Positions 17,229 to 26,121 of a DNA stretch of 47,018 nt are shown here, in pieces. This stretch comes from an uncultured Planctomycetales bacterium (GTDB lineage: Bacteria > Planctomycetota > MHYJ01 > JACPRB01). The position numbers were made by a program, and so were the translations under genes. The stretch covers positions 1 to 47,018 of the forward strand of contig CAYNDR010000001.1 of assembly GCA_964395295.1 (NCBI GenBank). The letters are read 5' to 3'. A model generated the notes under the pieces. The model worked only from the letters and a program-made list of their open reading frames with translations. It was not told where the DNA came from and searched no databases. The stretch's first letter is position 1, and the number at the start of each line of letters is the position of its first letter.

Positions 17229-17936
17229 ATGAAGATGAGCGGGCCCCAACCTGTCATTCACAAGGAAATCCTCAGGGACAAGATTCACGAGGTCCTCAAG
17301 AATTGGATCCTGGATGGGACCTTGAGGCCCGGCGAAAGGATCGTGGAATCCGTTCTGGCCGCCCGGCTCAAGGTCAGCCGCGCCCCTTTCCGCGAGGCCC
17401 TCTGGCTGCTGGCGCGCCAGGGATTGGTCACCCTCCAGGCCCACCACGGGGCCTCCGTCGTCCAGCTCAACGAAAACGACTTCCGCGAAATCTTCGAAGT
17501 CCGCGAGGCCCTCGAGACGTACTGCGCCCGGAAGATCCGCGCCTCCCTCTCGCCGGAGAAATCCGCCCGCCTCCACGAAGCCATGGAACGGCTGGAAACG
17601 GCCGCCCTGAGACGCGACATGAAGGCCTTCAGCGAGGCCGACCTCCGTTTCCATGCGACCCTCGCCGAAATCGCGGGGAACCGGCGCGTCGAGGAAATCC
17701 TTCGCGAAACCTCCGCGCGCCTCTTCGGCTACGAACTCATCCTCGACCTTCCCAAGGCGGCCGACTTCCGGTTCGAGCCGGTCCTCGAGGACCATCGCCG
17801 GATGGTCAAGCTCACCCTCGAAGGGACGGACCGGGAGATCGAGGCCGGTTTCAAGCGCGCCTTCGCCGCCTTCCGCGACTACCTGCTGGAGCGGTTCCGC
17901 AGTTCCGGCTCCCATTCCCGAAAGGCCACGCCATGA
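17229..17936 (+). CDS. GntR-family transcriptional regulator, FadR/FCD subfamily
   Basis: The N-terminal winged HTH reads ESVLAARLKVSRAPFREALWLLARQGLVTLQAHHGASV. The C-terminal FCD-like helices include REALETYCARK and DLRFHATLAEIAGNRRV. Confidence 0.85.
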   Translation: MKMSGPQPVIHKEILRDKIHEVLKNWILDGTLRPGERIVESVLAARLKVSRAPFREALWLLARQGLVTLQAHHGASVVQLNENDFREIFEVREALETYCARKIRASLSPEKSARLHEAMERLETAALRRDMKAFSEADLRFHATLAEIAGNRRVEEILRETSARLFGYELILDLPKAADFRFEPVLEDHRRMVKLTLEGTDREIEAGFKRAFAAFRDYLLERFRSSGSHSRKATP

Positions 17937-18901
17937 AGCACGGTGTCTTCACGCTGGTCCTCGCGGCGGCCTGCGCCGCCTCGCAGGACGATCCCGCGCG
18001 GTCCCGGCCCGCCGCCCCGTGGCCGCCCCCCGCCGGCCCCCTGAAGGTCGTCGTCGACACGGACGCGGCCAACGAGATCGACGACCAGTATGCCCTGGCC
18101 CTCCTCCTGGGCTTCCCCGAACGCCTCAAGCTGGAAGGCCTCGTGGCCGCGCACTTCGGGAAGCATGGCGGACCCGGCGGCGTCGAGAAATCCTTCAAGG
18201 AGATCCTGGAAGTCCTCAAGCGGGCGGGCATGGAAGGAAAGGTCCCCGTCAAGCGCGGCCTGCCGCCCCTCGACAAGCCGGACTGGCCGGCCTCCTCCGA
18301 GGGCGTGGACTTCATCATCGAGCGCGCCCGCGCCGCCACCGCGGAGGATCCCCTGTGGCTCGTCCTCCTCGGTCCCGTCACCGATGCCGTGGCCGCGCTC
18401 CGGAAAGACCCCTCGATCGCCGGCCGCGTGGTGGTCTTCTGGCACGGCCGTTCCCAGTGGCCGAAAAAGTGCACGAACTTCAACGCCGAAAACGACCGCA
18501 TGGCCTCGCGGCTGGTCTTCGAGACGCCCTGCCGCTTCATCCTCTTCGACACGGGCGCCCACCTCTGCGCGAGCCTCGATGAGACCGCCCGCCGCTTCGC
18601 CCCCGTGGGGCCGCTGGGGGCGTACCTTCATGAAATCCGCAACCGCCGGAAGGAGTACATGACGGACAGGAAGGGGATCTTCGACCTTGGCGACATCGCC
18701 GCGCTGGTCGACCCCGCCTGCGCCCCCTGGGAGCGGGTCCAGGCCCCGGCCGTCCGCGAGGACATGAGCTACGACTTCTCGCGGCGGAACGGGGAGATCG
18801 TCCGCATCTCCGGCGTCGGGCGCGACCGCGCCTTCGGCCTGCTGGAGGAGGCGCTCCGGCGGATCGCGGGCCCGGGCCGCGGCAAGCCGGCGGACAAGTA
18901 A
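17933..18901 (+). CDS. inosine-uridine-preferring nucleoside hydrolase-like protein, exported lipoprotein-like
   Basis: The ATG overlaps the GntR stop (ATGA, 17933-17936). It starts MKHGVFTLVLAAAC. LKVVVDTDAANEIDDQYALALLL is an Asp cluster resembling the IUNH DxDxxxDD motif but two residues longer. Only the last 322 codons of the 532-aa track ORF are credible. Confidence 0.6.
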   Translation: MKHGVFTLVLAAACAASQDDPARSRPAAPWPPPAGPLKVVVDTDAANEIDDQYALALLLGFPERLKLEGLVAAHFGKHGGPGGVEKSFKEILEVLKRAGMEGKVPVKRGLPPLDKPDWPASSEGVDFIIERARAATAEDPLWLVLLGPVTDAVAALRKDPSIAGRVVVFWHGRSQWPKKCTNFNAENDRMASRLVFETPCRFILFDTGAHLCASLDETARRFAPVGPLGAYLHEIRNRRKEYMTDRKGIFDLGDIAALVDPACAPWERVQAPAVREDMSYDFSRRNGEIVRISGVGRDRAFGLLEEALRRIAGPGRGKPADK

Positions 18902-18909
18902 GGCGCCCC

Positions 18910-21189
18910 TCAGCGGCCCGAGATGCGGACCCCCGTCTTCCCGTTCGCCATCACGCGATGGAAGGTGACGCCGGTCGCGCCGGCCTTCGGGGCCGCCGGC
19001 GGCGCGGGCAGGCGGGTCCGCAGAGGCTCCAGCATCTCCGCCACGAACGCCGCGTCCACCCGCCCCTGCTCGGGGATCGGGCCGGAGCCCGGCGACTCCT
19101 TCCGGTTCTGCCGGCACCCCACCACGCCCACCGCGCCCTTGCCCGGCTCCACCCGGAAGCCCGTGTCGGGATACGGCGTCCACCCCAGCAGGAGCATCCG
19201 GAGCGCCGCGTTCTCCCCGCGAATCCGCAGGTGCGCGTTGTTCGCGCTGATCTGGGCCAGGAAGACCTTCCCGCGGAAGTTGTCGACCTCGACCGGCGCG
19301 ACCGCCCCTTCCGCCTTGCTGTGCCCCGCCGCCTTGGCCGTGGCCACGTGGCCGCCGACGTACGCGAAGTCGCCCGCGTCGGTCAGGTGGAGGAAGTGCT
19401 CGGGATTCCCCTCGTACCAGGTGTCGCGGACGAGGAGCCGGCCGCCCTTCTCGACCTGGTAGATCCGCGCGGCGGGATCGCCCTCGCCGCGGCTCGATGA
19501 GCCCTGGAGGAGGCAGACCTGCGCGGCCGTCTTCTCCCCCTTCGCCGTCCGCGGCCCGCCGGCGACCCGCATCCCGTTGTGGTCCGTGTCGTGCAGAGTC
19601 ACGAGGGCCTCGTCGAGGCCGTCCACATCGATCCCGTAGCCGTAGCCGATCCCCTTGACCTGCTCGCCGTGGATCCGGGAACCCGGCTGGTCGGCCCGCT
19701 CGACGAGGATGGCGGTCGCGCCGTCGGCCCGGTGCCCGGCGACGATCTCGATGTGGCGCACGGAGGCGCGGGAAGGGCCCGCGATGCGGATCACGGGATC
19801 GGCCCCCGCCGCCTCCAGCTTCGTCGCGTTGTGGAGGCCGTCGCCGACCAGCTGCACGTCGCAGTCGGGGGGGATGACCAGGGTGCGGTCGATGCGGTAG
19901 GTCCCGCGGGGGAGGTGGACGACCGGGCGGCGGCCGGCGGCCTTCGCCGCCTCGTCGATCGCCCGCTGGATGGCCTCGGCCTTCGCGCCGGCGGGGACCT
20001 CGGTCACGGGGCGCGCGGCCCGCGGCGGCGCGGCCGCCGGGTCCGCGTCGGCCGCCCCCGGCGGCGCGGCCGCCTCCGCCTTCGTGCCGACGTTCACGAA
20101 CCGGACGTCCTTGGAGAGGACCTTCACCGGCTCGCGGGAGGCGATCGCGTTGCCGACCATCACCAGCTCGCCGTTGCCGATGGCCGAGCCCATCTGGACG
20201 GGCGGCTTCGCGTCGGGGGGCAGGCCGGCGATGACGTTGTCGACGAGGAGCCACGCGCCGGGATTGCCCATGAAGATCACCATCCCCTTGTCCGGCGGCG
20301 GCTTCGGATTGAGGATGACGTTCGCCTGGAGCGTGACCTGCGAGCCCTGGGAGTGCCCCCAGCCGGTCGAGAAGAACATCCGCGATCCCACGGAGACGTT
20401 GCGGACGAAGGAGAAGTAGCCGAGGTTGCCGATCGCCACGTCCGCGTCCGTGGACCGCCGGAAGACGCTCTCGTAGACGTGGAAGTTGCCGCAGCCGGGA
20501 TCGTTGGTGGCGCCGCGCCGGCAGTCCTCGAAGACGCAGTGCCAGAACCACCAGTCGAGCGAGTTCCAGTTCTGCGTCAGGAATCCCGCCTGGCTGCAGC
20601 GGAGGAAGCGGCAGCGGAGCACGGCGCACTCGGCCTGGCCCTGGGTCTTGTTGCCGCCCGCCTGGATGCCGATGCCGACGTCGCGCAGGACGCAGTCGGA
20701 GACCTCGTTGGCGGTGGAGAAGCCGTCGCCGAAGTAGAGCGCGACCTTCGCCTTGCCGGCGCCGTCGAGCGTCAGCCGGCGGAACGTCGAGTACCACGCG
20801 CCCCACTGGACCATCGCGCCGTCCGCCGGCCCGTCCCAGAGGATCTTCGTCTTCGCGGGATCCTCGCCGACCAGCCCGATGCCGGTGGACTCCGCGTGTT
20901 TCCCGCGGAGCACCATGAGGGTGCGCGTGATGCGGTAGGTGCCGGGAGGGAAGTAGAGGACCTTGGCGGCGGCGTCCTGGGGGCGGAGGGCGTCGAGGGC
21001 CTTCTGGAGGGCGTCCGAGTCGTCGGCCTTCCCGTCGCCCGCGGCCCCGAAGTCCTTCCGGAGGTCGAGCCAGCCGGCGAGGGGGCCGACGAACTCGTCG
21101 GTATCGACGGGGCCGGCGCCGGCGGCGGCCGAGAGGGCGCAGACGCCGATGACCGTCGCCGTCAGCTTCGCCAAGGGCATCAGGTTCAT
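18910..21189 (-). CDS. exported protein with two tandem pectate-lyase-superfamily (right-handed beta-helix) modules
   Basis: A signal-like N-terminus is present. FGAAGDGKADDSDALQKALDAL...VLYFPPGTYRITRTL is the Pectate_lyase_3-type start. A second copy is signalled by AIQRAIDEAAKAAGRRPVVHLPRGTYRIDRTLVIP. Confidence 0.6.
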   Translation of the reverse strand: MNLMPLAKLTATVIGVCALSAAAGAGPVDTDEFVGPLAGWLDLRKDFGAAGDGKADDSDALQKALDALRPQDAAAKVLYFPPGTYRITRTLMVLRGKHAESTGIGLVGEDPAKTKILWDGPADGAMVQWGAWYSTFRRLTLDGAGKAKVALYFGDGFSTANEVSDCVLRDVGIGIQAGGNKTQGQAECAVLRCRFLRCSQAGFLTQNWNSLDWWFWHCVFEDCRRGATNDPGCGNFHVYESVFRRSTDADVAIGNLGYFSFVRNVSVGSRMFFSTGWGHSQGSQVTLQANVILNPKPPPDKGMVIFMGNPGAWLLVDNVIAGLPPDAKPPVQMGSAIGNGELVMVGNAIASREPVKVLSKDVRFVNVGTKAEAAAPPGAADADPAAAPPRAARPVTEVPAGAKAEAIQRAIDEAAKAAGRRPVVHLPRGTYRIDRTLVIPPDCDVQLVGDGLHNATKLEAAGADPVIRIAGPSRASVRHIEIVAGHRADGATAILVERADQPGSRIHGEQVKGIGYGYGIDVDGLDEALVTLHDTDHNGMRVAGGPRTAKGEKTAAQVCLLQGSSSRGEGDPAARIYQVEKGGRLLVRDTWYEGNPEHFLHLTDAGDFAYVGGHVATAKAAGHSKAEGAVAPVEVDNFRGKVFLAQISANNAHLRIRGENAALRMLLLGWTPYPDTGFRVEPGKGAVGVVGCRQNRKESPGSGPIPEQGRVDAAFVAEMLEPLRTRLPAPPAAPKAGATGVTFHRVMANGKTGVRISGR

Positions 21190-21284
21190 GGGAATATTAC
21201 GTCCGGGATGGGCTGAGGGAGCGGGATTCTGGTCCCTCCATGAGATTTCCTGTATGCTCCGGGGGGGAGATGGAGGACAGGCGC

Positions 21285-23804
21285 ATGTTCTCAGGGCGTG
21301 CCGTCATTCCGGTTCTTCTGGGCGTCCTCGCCGCCGGCTGCGGCGGCCTCCCCGCGGCCCCTCCCGCCCCCGCCGCGGGACCGCTTCGGGTCCATCCCGG
21401 GAATCCCCGCTATTTCACGGACGGATCGGGGAAGGCCGTCTACCTGGCCGGCTCGCATACCTGGAACGCGCTCTATGACGCCTTCTGGCCGCTGGATTAC
21501 GCCGCCTATTTGGATTTCCTCGTGCGGCACAACCACAACTTCATGAAGTTCCGCGCGTGGGATTCCAAGCTCCTGTATTCGCCCCTGATCTACAGGCGCA
21601 CCGGGCCGGGGGCCGCGTCGGACGGCCTGCCCAGGGTGGACCTGGAGCAGTTCGATCCGGCCCACTTCGAGCGGATGCGGGAGCGGGTGATCGCCGCGCG
21701 GGACCGGGGGATCTACGTCCTGATCATGCTCTTCGAGACGGAGGAGCTGAACGGCGACCCCGCCGCGAGCGATCCCTCCCGGTCCAACACCTGGGCCCAG
21801 CTCAGTTCCAGCCGGTGGGCGCACCACCCCTACAACAAGCTGAACAACATCAACGGCATCGACGGCGGGAACGCCGACAACTCCGCCCCTGCCACCACGG
21901 AGACGCTCGCCAACCTCGCGATCACCCGCCTGCGCGAGGCCTATCTCCGGAAGGTCGTCGACACGGTCAACGACCTGGACAACGTCCTCTTCGAGATCGC
22001 CAACGAGACCCACAACGTCAAGGCCGCATCCACGAGCGTCAATCCTTACGGGACGCGATCGATCCCGCACGGGCCCCTCGCCCCCTTCAATCCCGACTGG
22101 TCCTGCCACATGATCAACCTCATCCACGACTACGAGAAGACGAAGCCGAAGCAGCATCCGGTGGTCATGACCATGCCCATGGGGGCGCCGAACAAGTTCC
22201 TCTTCCAGAGTCCTGCGGAGGGGATCTCCCCCGGGGGCGCGGAACACCAGAAGAATCCCCCGGCGGCCGACGGCCGGAAGGTCGTGCTGACCGATCCGGA
22301 CCACTACGGGTGGATCGACTGGCGCGGGACGCGGCCTTGGGTGTGGAAGAGTTTCACGCGGGGGCTGAATCCCATCCCGCTCGATTCGCTCCCCTCGTCC
22401 ATCCGGGGGAGCAACGGGGGCGGCTGGGGCGGCGGGGACATGCCCGCGATGGTCGAGACGCGGAACGCCCTGGGGCACACGCGGGCCTACGCGACGCGGA
22501 TGAACCTGGCCGCCATGGTCCCGCGGAACGACCTGTCGTCGACGGCCTGTTGCCTCGCCGATCCCGGCTCGGAGTATCTCGTCTACCAGCCGAACGACGG
22601 CGGTTTCAGCGTGACCCTCGTCGCGCGGACATATGCCTTCGAGTGGTTCGACCCGGTCAAGGGCGCCGTGGCCGGGACGGGGAGCACCAAGGCCGTCGAT
22701 GGGGAGTGCTCCTTCGCCGCCCCCTTCTCGGGGGAGGCGGTGCTCTATCTGAAGGCGGCGGACGGGACCGCCCCGATGGAGAGGGTCCGGCTCGCGGCCG
22801 ACGGCAGGGGATTCCGGCTCTCGCCCTCCGGGAAGCGGTTCACGCCCTGGGGATTCAACTACGACCACAACGGGGAGAGGCTCATCCTGGAGGTGAAGGC
22901 CGATCCCGACTGGGCCGCGGTCCGCGAGGACTTCCGGGAGATGAGGCAGCTCGGGGCGAACGTCGTCCGGCTCCACCTCCAGTTCGCGCGGTTCATGAAG
23001 GGGCCGGCCGAGCCCGACGCGCGCGGGCTGGCCGACCTGGACCGCCTGCTGGCGCTGGCCGAGGGCGACGGGCTCTACCTGGACCTGACCGGGCTGGGGT
23101 GCTATCGCAAGCCGGACGTCCCCCGGTGGTACGACGAGGCCTCCGAGAAGGACCGATGGGCCATGCAGGCGCGGTTCTGGGGGGCCGGCGCCCCGCGCTC
23201 CCCACGCAGCCCCCCCGTCTCCTGCTACACCCTGCTGCACGTCGCGGTGAGCCCCGGCGGGGCGGACAAGGAATGGCTGGCCGCGCCCCTCGGCGACTAC
23301 CACTTCACCGAGCGCATCTCGAAGGACCGCGCGAACCGGCCGCGGGCGGAGATCTCCCGCGAATGGATGCGGACCCTGACCGCCGCGATCCGCAGGCACG
23401 ATCCGCATCGCCTCGTGACGGTGGGGACGTTCTTCATCTTCGACACGCCGACGTCGCTGACGCTGGGGGAGGACGTCCGCGAGGTCGCCCGGGAGGTCGA
23501 CTTCTTCAGCATCCACATGTACCCCAAGGAGGGCAAGGTCCCCGAGGCGCTGGAACTCCTCAAGGCGGTCCGGGTCGGGAAGCCCGTGGTCATCGAGGAG
23601 ACGTTCCCCCTGGGCTGTTCGCCGGCCTCGCACCGCAAGTTCCTGGAGGGATCGAGGGAGCACGTCTCCGGGTGGATCGGCTTCTACTGGGGCAAGACGA
23701 TCGAGGAGTGCCGCCGCTCGATCGAGATCCGGGATGCGCTGACGCGGGAATGGCTGGAGTTCTTCCTCAAGGAGGGGCCGCGGTTCCGGGATGGGGGGCC
23801 CTGA
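21285..23804 (+). CDS. lipoprotein with two clan GH-A (GH5-like, (beta/alpha)8) glycoside-hydrolase-like modules
   Basis: ATG 21285 gives MFSGRAVIPVLLGVLAAGC. Module 1 has HPGNPRYFTDGSGKAVYLAGSHTWN...VLFEIANETHN. Module 2 has GANVVRLHLQF...RLVTVGTF...FFSIHMYP...KPVVIEETFP. Confidence 0.55.
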   Translation: MFSGRAVIPVLLGVLAAGCGGLPAAPPAPAAGPLRVHPGNPRYFTDGSGKAVYLAGSHTWNALYDAFWPLDYAAYLDFLVRHNHNFMKFRAWDSKLLYSPLIYRRTGPGAASDGLPRVDLEQFDPAHFERMRERVIAARDRGIYVLIMLFETEELNGDPAASDPSRSNTWAQLSSSRWAHHPYNKLNNINGIDGGNADNSAPATTETLANLAITRLREAYLRKVVDTVNDLDNVLFEIANETHNVKAASTSVNPYGTRSIPHGPLAPFNPDWSCHMINLIHDYEKTKPKQHPVVMTMPMGAPNKFLFQSPAEGISPGGAEHQKNPPAADGRKVVLTDPDHYGWIDWRGTRPWVWKSFTRGLNPIPLDSLPSSIRGSNGGGWGGGDMPAMVETRNALGHTRAYATRMNLAAMVPRNDLSSTACCLADPGSEYLVYQPNDGGFSVTLVARTYAFEWFDPVKGAVAGTGSTKAVDGECSFAAPFSGEAVLYLKAADGTAPMERVRLAADGRGFRLSPSGKRFTPWGFNYDHNGERLILEVKADPDWAAVREDFREMRQLGANVVRLHLQFARFMKGPAEPDARGLADLDRLLALAEGDGLYLDLTGLGCYRKPDVPRWYDEASEKDRWAMQARFWGAGAPRSPRSPPVSCYTLLHVAVSPGGADKEWLAAPLGDYHFTERISKDRANRPRAEISREWMRTLTAAIRRHDPHRLVTVGTFFIFDTPTSLTLGEDVREVAREVDFFSIHMYPKEGKVPEALELLKAVRVGKPVVIEETFPLGCSPASHRKFLEGSREHVSGWIGFYWGKTIEECRRSIEIRDALTREWLEFFLKEGPRFRDGGP

Positions 23805-24018
23805 GGCCGCTGACCCCCGGGCTTCTCCAGCCGCCGGACCCTGGCCGGGACATCTCCGTTGTCCCCGATCGCCGCTCGTCCGGCCCCTCCGGTAAAAAAC
23901 ATCAACAGAATTGCGCGATTCCTCATGGTTTCCCCTTTCCCCGCCGGGCTATACTGCAGTCGGGGCGTTCCGCGGCGGGCGCCCCGGGCGGGAGCCGGAA
24001 CATTCCAAGGAGTCCTCC

Positions 24019-26028
24019 ATGAAACGGGCATGGCTGGTCGTGTTCGGGCTGTCGGCGACGCTTCCCGCGGGCGCGCCGGAGAGGCTCACTTACGCCGACC
24101 TCGTCCGTCGCCTGACGGACCTGGAGGGACTGTCCGTGTTGCCGCTCCCCGGGGAGCGGTGCGCGCAGTTCTCCAGCTACGACCGCGCGAGCAAGTACGA
24201 CGAGGTCGCCGGGAAATATGTCCGATGGGACGCGAACGGCGACGGCACCGGGATCATCCGCAAGGAGGGCGAGCTTTCCGTCCTGGCCGAGATGGACGGC
24301 CCGGGATGCATCTGGCGAATCTGGTCGGCGACGGTGGGGAAAGGCCATGTCCGGATCTTCCTGGACGGCGCGGCCGAACCGGCGGTGGACCTGCCCTTCG
24401 AGGAATATTTCAACCGGAAGGCGGAGCCGTTCACGCCTCCCGCGCTGACGTACAAGACCGCGGCCAACGGCTACAACTGCTACGTGCCCATCCCCTACCG
24501 GAAATCCTGCCGGATCGTGGCCGACGCGGCGTGGGGGAGATACTACCACTTTACCTATTCCACCTTCCCTCCGGGGACGGAGGTGCCGACCTTCACGCGC
24601 GACCTGCCGCCGGAGGCGGCCGCCGCTCTGAAGGCGGCCGACGCCGCCTTGAGCCAGGGCCTGGGCTCCGACCCCGCCGGGCCTCGCCCGGGACAGGAGA
24701 CGCTGACCGCCTCCGTCACGGCGGCCCCGGGGCAGGCGGCGCCGGTGGCGCGGCTGGCCGGGCCGCGCGCCATCACGGCGCTCCGCGTGAAACCGGCCTC
24801 CGACCTGGCGGACCCCGATACCGCCCTGCGTGCCGCGACCCTGGGCATCCGTTGGGACGGGGAGAAGACCCCCTCCGTCTGGTCGCCGCTGGGCGATTTC
24901 TTCGGCACGGCGCCGGGCATCAACCGCTACCGGTCCCTTCCGCTCGGGATGACGGAGGACGGCTTCTATTCCTGCTGGTACATGCCTTTCGCCTCGGAAG
25001 CCGTCCTCGAACTGCAGAACGACGGCGCGGCCCCCGTGAAACTGGAGGTCTCCGTCACCCACGCGCCCCTCTCCCGGCCGGTCGAGACGCTCGGCCGCTT
25101 CCACGCCAAGTGGCACCGCGACGTCCTCCTCCCCGCGGAGCCCGAGCGGGCCATCGACTGGACCCTGCTGAAGACCTCGGGCCGCGGACGGTTCTGCGGC
25201 GTGATGCTCCACGTCTGGAACCCGTGCGGCGACTGGTGGGGCGAGGGCGACGAGAAGTTCCTCGTGGACGGCGAGAAATTCCCCTCCACGTTCGGCACCG
25301 GATCGGAGGACTACTTCGGCTACGCGTGGAGCAGCGGGAAGTGCTTCTTCCAGGCGCTGCACAACCAGACCCGCAACGACGGCGACAACCGCGGGCACCT
25401 CTCCGTCAACCGCTGGCACGTGGCGGACAACGTGCCCTTCCAGACCCGCTTCGAGGGGACGATCGAGAAATACTTCGCCAACAAGCGCCCCACCCAGTAC
25501 AGCGCCGTGGCCTGCTGGTACCAGGCGCCGGGAGGAGACGATCCCTACGCCCCGCTGCCGGCCGCCGACCGCATCGGATACTGCATCCAGCCGTACCGGG
25601 TCGAGGGGGCGCTGGAGGGCGAGTTCCTGAAGATCGTGAAGAAGACGGGGGCGACGCGCCGGCAGGACATGGCCTCCCATGACGGCCGGTGGGGATATTC
25701 GCAGCAGCTCTTCTGGACCGGGGCCAAGCCCGGCGACCGGCTGGTGCTGGCCGTTCCGGTGAAGGAGGCCGGGCGGTTCGAGATTCGCGCCCGGTTCACC
25801 CGGGCGCCGGACTACGGCATCGTCCAGGCGCTGTGGGACGACGAGAAGATCGGCGATCCGTTCGACGGCTACGACCCCAAGGTCGTTCCCGCCGACGAGG
25901 TGTCGCTCGGTCGCCGGGAGCTGGCCGCCGGCGAGCACCGGTTCGGCCTGGAGATCACGGGGGCCAACGAGAAGTCGCGGGGGACCCTCGTGGGGATCGA
26001 TTACCTCCGGCTGGTTCCGGTCAAGTGA
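24019..26028 (+). CDS. glycoside hydrolase family 172 (DUF2961) protein with signal peptide and extra C-terminal beta-rich module
   Basis: AAGGAG (24007-24012) precedes ATG 24019. It starts MKRAWLVVFGLSATLPAGA. The DUF2961 pattern is present: DGPGCIWRIW, NCYVPIPYRKSCRI, WWGEGDEKFLVDGEKFPSTFGTGSEDYFGYAW. Confidence 0.75.
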   Translation: MKRAWLVVFGLSATLPAGAPERLTYADLVRRLTDLEGLSVLPLPGERCAQFSSYDRASKYDEVAGKYVRWDANGDGTGIIRKEGELSVLAEMDGPGCIWRIWSATVGKGHVRIFLDGAAEPAVDLPFEEYFNRKAEPFTPPALTYKTAANGYNCYVPIPYRKSCRIVADAAWGRYYHFTYSTFPPGTEVPTFTRDLPPEAAAALKAADAALSQGLGSDPAGPRPGQETLTASVTAAPGQAAPVARLAGPRAITALRVKPASDLADPDTALRAATLGIRWDGEKTPSVWSPLGDFFGTAPGINRYRSLPLGMTEDGFYSCWYMPFASEAVLELQNDGAAPVKLEVSVTHAPLSRPVETLGRFHAKWHRDVLLPAEPERAIDWTLLKTSGRGRFCGVMLHVWNPCGDWWGEGDEKFLVDGEKFPSTFGTGSEDYFGYAWSSGKCFFQALHNQTRNDGDNRGHLSVNRWHVADNVPFQTRFEGTIEKYFANKRPTQYSAVACWYQAPGGDDPYAPLPAADRIGYCIQPYRVEGALEGEFLKIVKKTGATRRQDMASHDGRWGYSQQLFWTGAKPGDRLVLAVPVKEAGRFEIRARFTRAPDYGIVQALWDDEKIGDPFDGYDPKVVPADEVSLGRRELAAGEHRFGLEITGANEKSRGTLVGIDYLRLVPVK

Positions 26029-26096
26029 GGCCCGCGAACGGGCGCCGCCATGGAGGCGTTGATCCTCACGACAGGAAGACGGCGGGTATGAAATAG

Positions 26097-26121
26097 AGGG
26101 CGGCTCATCCGCCCTGTTCTT
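26097..26121 (+). terminator. possible intrinsic terminator after the GH172 gene
   Basis: A 7-bp stem AGGGCGG/CCGCCCT (26097-26103 / 26109-26115) with a 5-nt loop is followed by GTTCTT. The U-tract is short, so this is weak. Confidence 0.35.

Noticed and set aside
23684-24031. 115-aa minus-strand ORF in the gap upstream of the GH172 gene (contains MRNRAILLMFFTGGAG...).
   Set aside because: It overlaps the 3' end of the 21285-23804 gene and the GH172 RBS and start. The product is low-complexity, with no RBS or promoter support.
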